Source: Candidatus Bathyarchaeia archaeon (GTDB taxonomy: Archaea > Thermoproteota > Bathyarchaeia > Bathyarchaeales > Bathycorpusculaceae). Taken from it: a stretch of 64,000 nt of DNA. The notes below the pieces were generated by a model, which was given only the letters and a program-made list of their open reading frames with translations, was not told the DNA's origin and ran no database searches. Below, piece after piece: positions 59,662 through 64,000 of the stretch. How positions within the stretch are numbered: the first letter of the stretch is position 1; each line of letters starts with the position of its first letter. The stretch is from contig JBEKBM010000014.1 in NCBI GenBank assembly GCA_050015395.1, forward strand, positions 16,029 through 80,028, given 5' to 3'. Made by a program: the position numbers and the translations under genes.

Positions 59662-60846
59662 TTAATGGTCAATTAGGCTTTGGGCGCCTCTCAAGAGTGG
59701 AACCGCCACGTTGAGGCCTGTTGCGAGCCGAGTGTTCTCCCAGAACTCTGGGCAAGAATTCGACTCATGAAACACCAAGGCACTCTTATTTTTTTCTACG
59801 TTTTCTTCAATTATCTTTTTAACATTTTCGTAATGCTCACTATTCGCATAGCCTTGGAACGCTTTTTCTAGTTTACTGTTCCATGCTTGGAAGGCAGTTA
59901 GGCGAGTCTCATCCTGCTTAACCCTTTGAACAGGCAAAAACGCTCTTCCTGCCTTATCAAGTTCACCTTTAATGTAAGCGTCGTCAACCGATTTGTTTTC
60001 TTTAACGTTTACCATGGCGTCTAAAGCGAAAATCCACGCTTCGCTGCCTTTGCCGAGGGTTTTGCCACATTTCACCGCCAACTCCTGAATGCTTTTGGGT
60101 AATTTGGCGCCGAAAACCAAGTTGCCCAAGAAAGTGTTTGTTCTAAAATCCTTAAAGCCGGCTCTTGCCATTGCGGTGTGATAGCAAAAGGGTTGTTTAC
60201 CTTTCTCTTTAGAAACGATTATTCTTAAATCGTAAAACCATTTCTGAACCAGTTCCTGCGCGACTACGCCGACAGGGTTGATTATTGAGGGTCTGGTTTC
60301 TTGGATGTTAATGATGAGTTCTTCTTGGCTTTTTGCTAGCATGATCATTTTGCCGTGGGTTCCAGCGTCGGCTTTAATCACTATGCCTTCGGAGAGAGGG
60401 ATTTCTTGTTGAAACAGTTCTGCAATGTCTTTCTCGTTGTGAATTTCTTTGCCGTTTTTCATGGTGTCGGTTGGGTCGCATGGGACGTAGACTGTTTTGG
60501 GGATTGGGATGCCTTCTTTCCATAGGTTTAGCAGAGTGCGTAGTTTGCTGTAGCAGATGAATTCTATTTGAGAGCTGTTTAGTGTTTTTTTGCCGAGTTG
60601 TTCCATGGTGTATGAGGCTTGGAGGCGGCGGTTTTTGCTTTGCGCGCGGTTAAGTACGACAGCCGTGTCTTTGATTATGCTTGTGTAGTCTTTGCCTTTA
60701 GTTTTAGCGCTGAAACCTTCTTTAGAGATTGATAAGGCGATTTTTCTGAATGGCAGAAAAGTAAGGTCAATGCCTAATTGTTGTGCAGTAAGTTTTATGC
60801 CGTTTTCGTCGTTTTCTGACCGCTCATATAGGAGTGCTATGCTCAT
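59662..60846 (-). CDS. Divergent LysX/ArgX-family ATP-grasp ligase
   Basis: Located between lysW and lysY; GIPIPKT, QELV, DLRIIV, FRTN, D...ESNSCPEF and TGLNVA motifs; longer than the usual ~280 aa. Confidence 0.8.
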   Translation of the reverse strand: MSIALLYERSENDENGIKLTAQQLGIDLTFLPFRKIALSISKEGFSAKTKGKDYTSIIKDTAVVLNRAQSKNRRLQASYTMEQLGKKTLNSSQIEFICYSKLRTLLNLWKEGIPIPKTVYVPCDPTDTMKNGKEIHNEKDIAELFQQEIPLSEGIVIKADAGTHGKMIMLAKSQEELIINIQETRPSIINPVGVVAQELVQKWFYDLRIIVSKEKGKQPFCYHTAMARAGFKDFRTNTFLGNLVFGAKLPKSIQELAVKCGKTLGKGSEAWIFALDAMVNVKENKSVDDAYIKGELDKAGRAFLPVQRVKQDETRLTAFQAWNSKLEKAFQGYANSEHYENVKKIIEENVEKNKSALVFHESNSCPEFWENTRLATGLNVAVPLLRGAQSLIDH

Positions 60847-60920
60847 CGCTTTTCTGCTTCCATCAAAAAAATTAATTCAAAAAACTGATTTAAATAATGA
60901 AGGCGCTTTAGGGATACTGT

Positions 60921-61139
60921 TTATTCGCCCCAGTCTTCTCCTTCAATGGTTAATTCTTGAAGGTCGACGCATCCGCCTTTTACTTGCTTAACTTCAAGTT
61001 CAAGTCCGCATCCGGGACAGCTTAGAATTTCTCCCTTCTCTGTGTCTACTGGAACATCAAGCTCTGCATCGCAGTCAGGGCATCTTGCCTTGTTTATAAC
61101 CTTCACCTCTTGAGGGTTTGCATTTACTGGTTTAATCAT
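60921..61139 (-). CDS. lysW: Amino-group carrier protein LysW
   Basis: CPDC...CPGCG zinc ribbon and C-terminal EDWGE. Confidence 0.96.
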   Translation of the reverse strand: MIKPVNANPQEVKVINKARCPDCDAELDVPVDTEKGEILSCPGCGLELEVKQVKGGCVDLQELTIEGEDWGE

Positions 61140-61197
61140 TTTTTATTCGTCACTTTATTTTATTCGGAAATGTCTTTTTCATTAATTCGACTTTCAA

Positions 61198-61254
61198 TTT
61201 AAACATTGTGACTTATTTGTTACAACTTGGATTGTTAATGTTCCATTTGGTGCA
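61198..61254. promoter_or_regulatory. Bipartite operator/promoter shared with the argG operon
   Basis: TTTAAACATTGTGACTTATTTGTTAC-N13-AATGTTCCATTTGGTGCA. Confidence 0.7.
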
Positions 61255-61395
61255 GCTAACAAGCATACAAAGGGCGTAATAAACCGAAAAACGCACAATA
61301 AACAGGTAAGCACAACGAAATCCGCATCACACTTCAAGCGCTAAATAGGGAAAACGTTAAATTTTTCCCACAGCAATAGCATTCGGCGACAAGAA

Positions 61396-61806
61396 ATGGA
61401 TGAAAAAGACAAAGAAATAATCAAACTCCTAAAAGATGACGCAAGAGCAGGCTACGGCGAAATAGGCGCTAAAGTAGGCTTATCTGAAGGCGCTGTACGG
61501 AAAAGAATCAAAACATTAAGCGACGAAGGAGTAATACGCAAATTCACGGTTAAAATTGGCGTTGCAGAAGGCGCCCAAGCCATAACTTTACTCGCAACCA
61601 ACCCAGCCCATCCAACACAGGAAGTGTCAAAGAAAATCCAAACAATCCCAAATGTTGAAACAACCTATGAAGTCAGCGGCGAATATGACATCGTAGCAGT
61701 CATCAGCGGAATGAACATGACAGAGGTAAACGAGTGCATAGAGAAAATCCGCATGGTTGAGGGCATAGTGAAAACCAACACCATGATCGTCCTACGCAGC
61801 TCTTAA
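61396..61806 (+). CDS. Lrp/AsnC transcriptional regulator (LysM-like)
   Basis: MDEKDKEIIKLLKDDAR...GLSEGAVRKRI and VSGEYDI; divergent from lysW. Confidence 0.9.
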   Translation: MDEKDKEIIKLLKDDARAGYGEIGAKVGLSEGAVRKRIKTLSDEGVIRKFTVKIGVAEGAQAITLLATNPAHPTQEVSKKIQTIPNVETTYEVSGEYDIVAVISGMNMTEVNECIEKIRMVEGIVKTNTMIVLRSS

Positions 61807-61823
61807 CCACGGTTTTATTATTG

Positions 61824-62042
61824 TTACTTTTCCACCAAAATTAGTCTTTTAACTCTGCTCTCAATTTCATCTCTGATTTCTCGGACTTTTTCGATAGGTT
61901 TACCTTTCGGGTCCTCAAGTTTCCAATCAACCGTTGGCTTAAAGAAGGGACCGGGGCAAATTCCTTGGTCGTTGCAGCCCATTGTAACAATCAAGTCTGC
62001 GTCTTGTGCCATCTGGAAAGTAAGCAGCTTTGGCTTATTCAT
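61824..62042 (-). pseudogene. C-terminal half of ArsC/LMW-PTP arsenate reductase
   Basis: KPKLLT...VTMGC...CP...DWKLEDPKG..IEKVREIRDEI present; the N-terminal CxxNxxRS P-loop is missing. Confidence 0.75.
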
Positions 62043-62229
62043 GCCTATCTATCTCAGATTTTACTGAACATTCTTGATAAAGCAAGAAAAAGCGAGAAAA
62101 GGCATAACAAATTCTGTTGGTGAAAGTTAAATTCACTTTCACTTAACCCTCCACTGCTTAACACAGTAGTTTCTTGACTCATCTTTTAAGCAATCCAAAA
62201 CCATAAGCGCAACCAAAAGTGATCCGCAT

Positions 62230-62457
62230 ATGAAAAAGAAAACAGCACTATTAGCTACCGAGGAAGACTTCTTAGTTGATTTAACGTTTCATGATGTTCC
62301 AGCTTCGCTCATTACCGAGTTTGCGGAAAAAATCGTGAGACCCTACTACAGCGGCAACTTGAACGCTGCAATACAAGACCTAATCAACAAAGCCCTATCA
62401 GAACAAGAATTCCTTCATTTTCACATAACGCATATCAAAAATTCCTTCGAGCGGTAG
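62230..62457 (+). CDS. Small RHH-like protein
   Basis: VDLTFHDVPASLITEF...GNLNAAIQDLINKAL strand-helix-helix pattern. Confidence 0.55.
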   Translation: MKKKTALLATEEDFLVDLTFHDVPASLITEFAEKIVRPYYSGNLNAAIQDLINKALSEQEFLHFHITHIKNSFER

Positions 62458-62796
62458 GAGATCAGTAAACCTGTCCTTTACATGGCTTGCTTGCCTATAC
62501 AGGCTCAATAGTCATCACTTTGACGCTCAGATTCACTATCACTATACTACCAACAGCCAAAAAGGCATCGGAAGCGAGCACATTGTCTGGAAAACACAAT
62601 AAAGAGCTAAAACAATGGGAAAACGTGCAATAAGCATGACAAACCGTGCAACAACCGGTTATCGCAACAATAGCACGTGACTTCTCTCAAACACGCAAAG
62701 TCTCAAACCAATATCCAAATATGCGGACAAAGTTAAAATTGTTCTTCTCAGTCCTCGACCAAAATATTTAAGGCAAGAATCAACTAGCTTTGAACC

Positions 62797-63548
62797 ATGG
62801 CAATATACAAACAGCCAGTTTATTATGAGATTGCGTTTAGTTTCATAGATGCCAAGAAGCAAGTGAACTTGTTTGAAAAGTTTATCAAAAAATACAGTAA
62901 GATAAAGGTTAACAGGATTTTGGATATCGCCTGTGGTCCAAGCTTGCAGCTGAGAGAAATTGCAGAGAGGGGTTATCAAGCAATAGGCTTAGACCTGAGT
63001 GTCGAGATGTTAGATTATCTTAATCAAAAATCAAAAGAAAAAAATTCAAATTGCAAACGGTCAGAGCGGATAAGGCAAACTTTTCTTTGCGGGAAAAAGT
63101 AGATTTTGCATTTATAATGATGGGCTCTTTCGTCTTCAAAAATAACGATGAACTGCTAAGACATCTAGATTGCGTATCAAATTCTCTCAATTCAGGAGGA
63201 CTGTATCTAATTGAAAATTTGTGTTTAGACTGGACAAGGATATGGTCTATACCCCAACGCTGGACCTCGGAAAGAAATGGAATCAAGATTGAAACAACCT
63301 ACAAGCCGGAGTTAAGAGACCTTCTTGCTCAGACCTACGAGGAGAAAATAACCTTAGAGGTTGATGATAATGGCAAGAAATCAAGCCTTTTGGAAACACA
63401 TGTTTTGAAATACGTGTTTCCTCAAGAATTCATGTCTATCGTGAAATTAAGTGACCAGTTCGAATTCATAGGTTGGTTTGAACGTTCTAGGCTTAAAAAA
63501 CTGAAAGAAGCAAAGTCAGATAATATTACTATTCTAAGAAAAAAATAG
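62797..63548 (+). pseudogene. Class I SAM-dependent methyltransferase split by a -1 frameshift
   Basis: ILDIACGPS and GLDLSVEML in the first ORF; VDFAF and LNSGGLYLIE in the second. One extra A in the A7 run at 63038-63044 would join them. Confidence 0.8.
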
Positions 63549-63838
63549 TTATGGATAAGGTCATCGCAAAGTCCAAAAAATGAAAGGATACCATTTAAGC
63601 GCCTTCGGCGCACACACGAAAATCGTAAACAGTAAAAAAGTTGATCCCTAAAACGATTTGGAGACTGCTAAACTTCTTTAAAGCTAAGACGCCTACCTCA
63701 AAGATGCGCAATAAACAATTGTCTGGACAATCGCAATAGCATTTGTTTGGACAAAAAAATTTACTCCAAGCCCTGGCTCAATAGTCTCAACTATTGCCCT
63801 GCGATTAGTCGCAACTAAAAAATCTAGATTAAACTGCT

Positions 63839-64000
63839 TTATCTTATTTTCTCAATTTTTTCAACAGCACTACTTGTCCCGAGATAAACAATATCAGTCA
63901 ACCCGACAAAAAAACCTGTTTCCACAACGCCAGGAATCATCTTCAGCTTTGCATCTAACTCTCCAGGTTTAGCTATCTCACCAAAATTTGCGTCTAAAAT
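63839..64000 (-). CDS. rpiA: Ribose-5-phosphate isomerase A, 3' end (truncated by window edge)
   Basis: Manual translation ILDANFGEIAKPGELDAKLKMIPGVVETGFFVG...EKIR* matches the RpiA C-terminus. Confidence 0.85.
   Translation of the reverse strand: MLDANFGEIAKPGELDAKLKMIPGVVETGFFVGLTDIVYLGTSSAVEKIEKIR

Overview
Archaeal chromosomal window, most consistent with Bathyarchaeia. This assignment is an inference from aRF1, eukaryote-like topoisomerase IB, Ftr of the H4MPT C1 pathway, the LysW pathway and frequent TTG starts. The backbone is amino-acid biosynthesis: argG-argH-carA-carB, thrC-hom-aspartate kinase, lysW-lysX/argX-lysY-lysZ-lysJ-lysK, and an MA1821/MA1822/MA1715-type homocysteine operon. 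It also carries an ECF transporter, top1B, prf1, ftr, XPB-Bax1 and rpiA. Small accessory islets sit between these genes, with four VapBC pairs, one AbiEi/AbiEii pair, two copies of a 228-bp MITE, a TnpB/IS605 remnant and several pseudogenes. No complete rRNA, tRNA or CRISPR array was seen. The main unexplained signals are: (1) a compact preQ1 class I riboswitch-like pseudoknot directly upstream of an archaeal queT; (2) a dispersed module made of a conserved ~60-bp motif, an exactly 10-bp-phased pentamer array (a different pentamer per paralog) and a tandem-AbrB (MraZ-like) gene, found each time beside toxin-antitoxin-type cargo; (3) a shared ~57-bp operator before both the arg and lysW operons; (4) serial duplications of the lysK 3' end and of the DUF255-gene upstream region, which delimit accreted cassettes. 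All calls were made by eye from the sequence and the ORF track; no searches were run.
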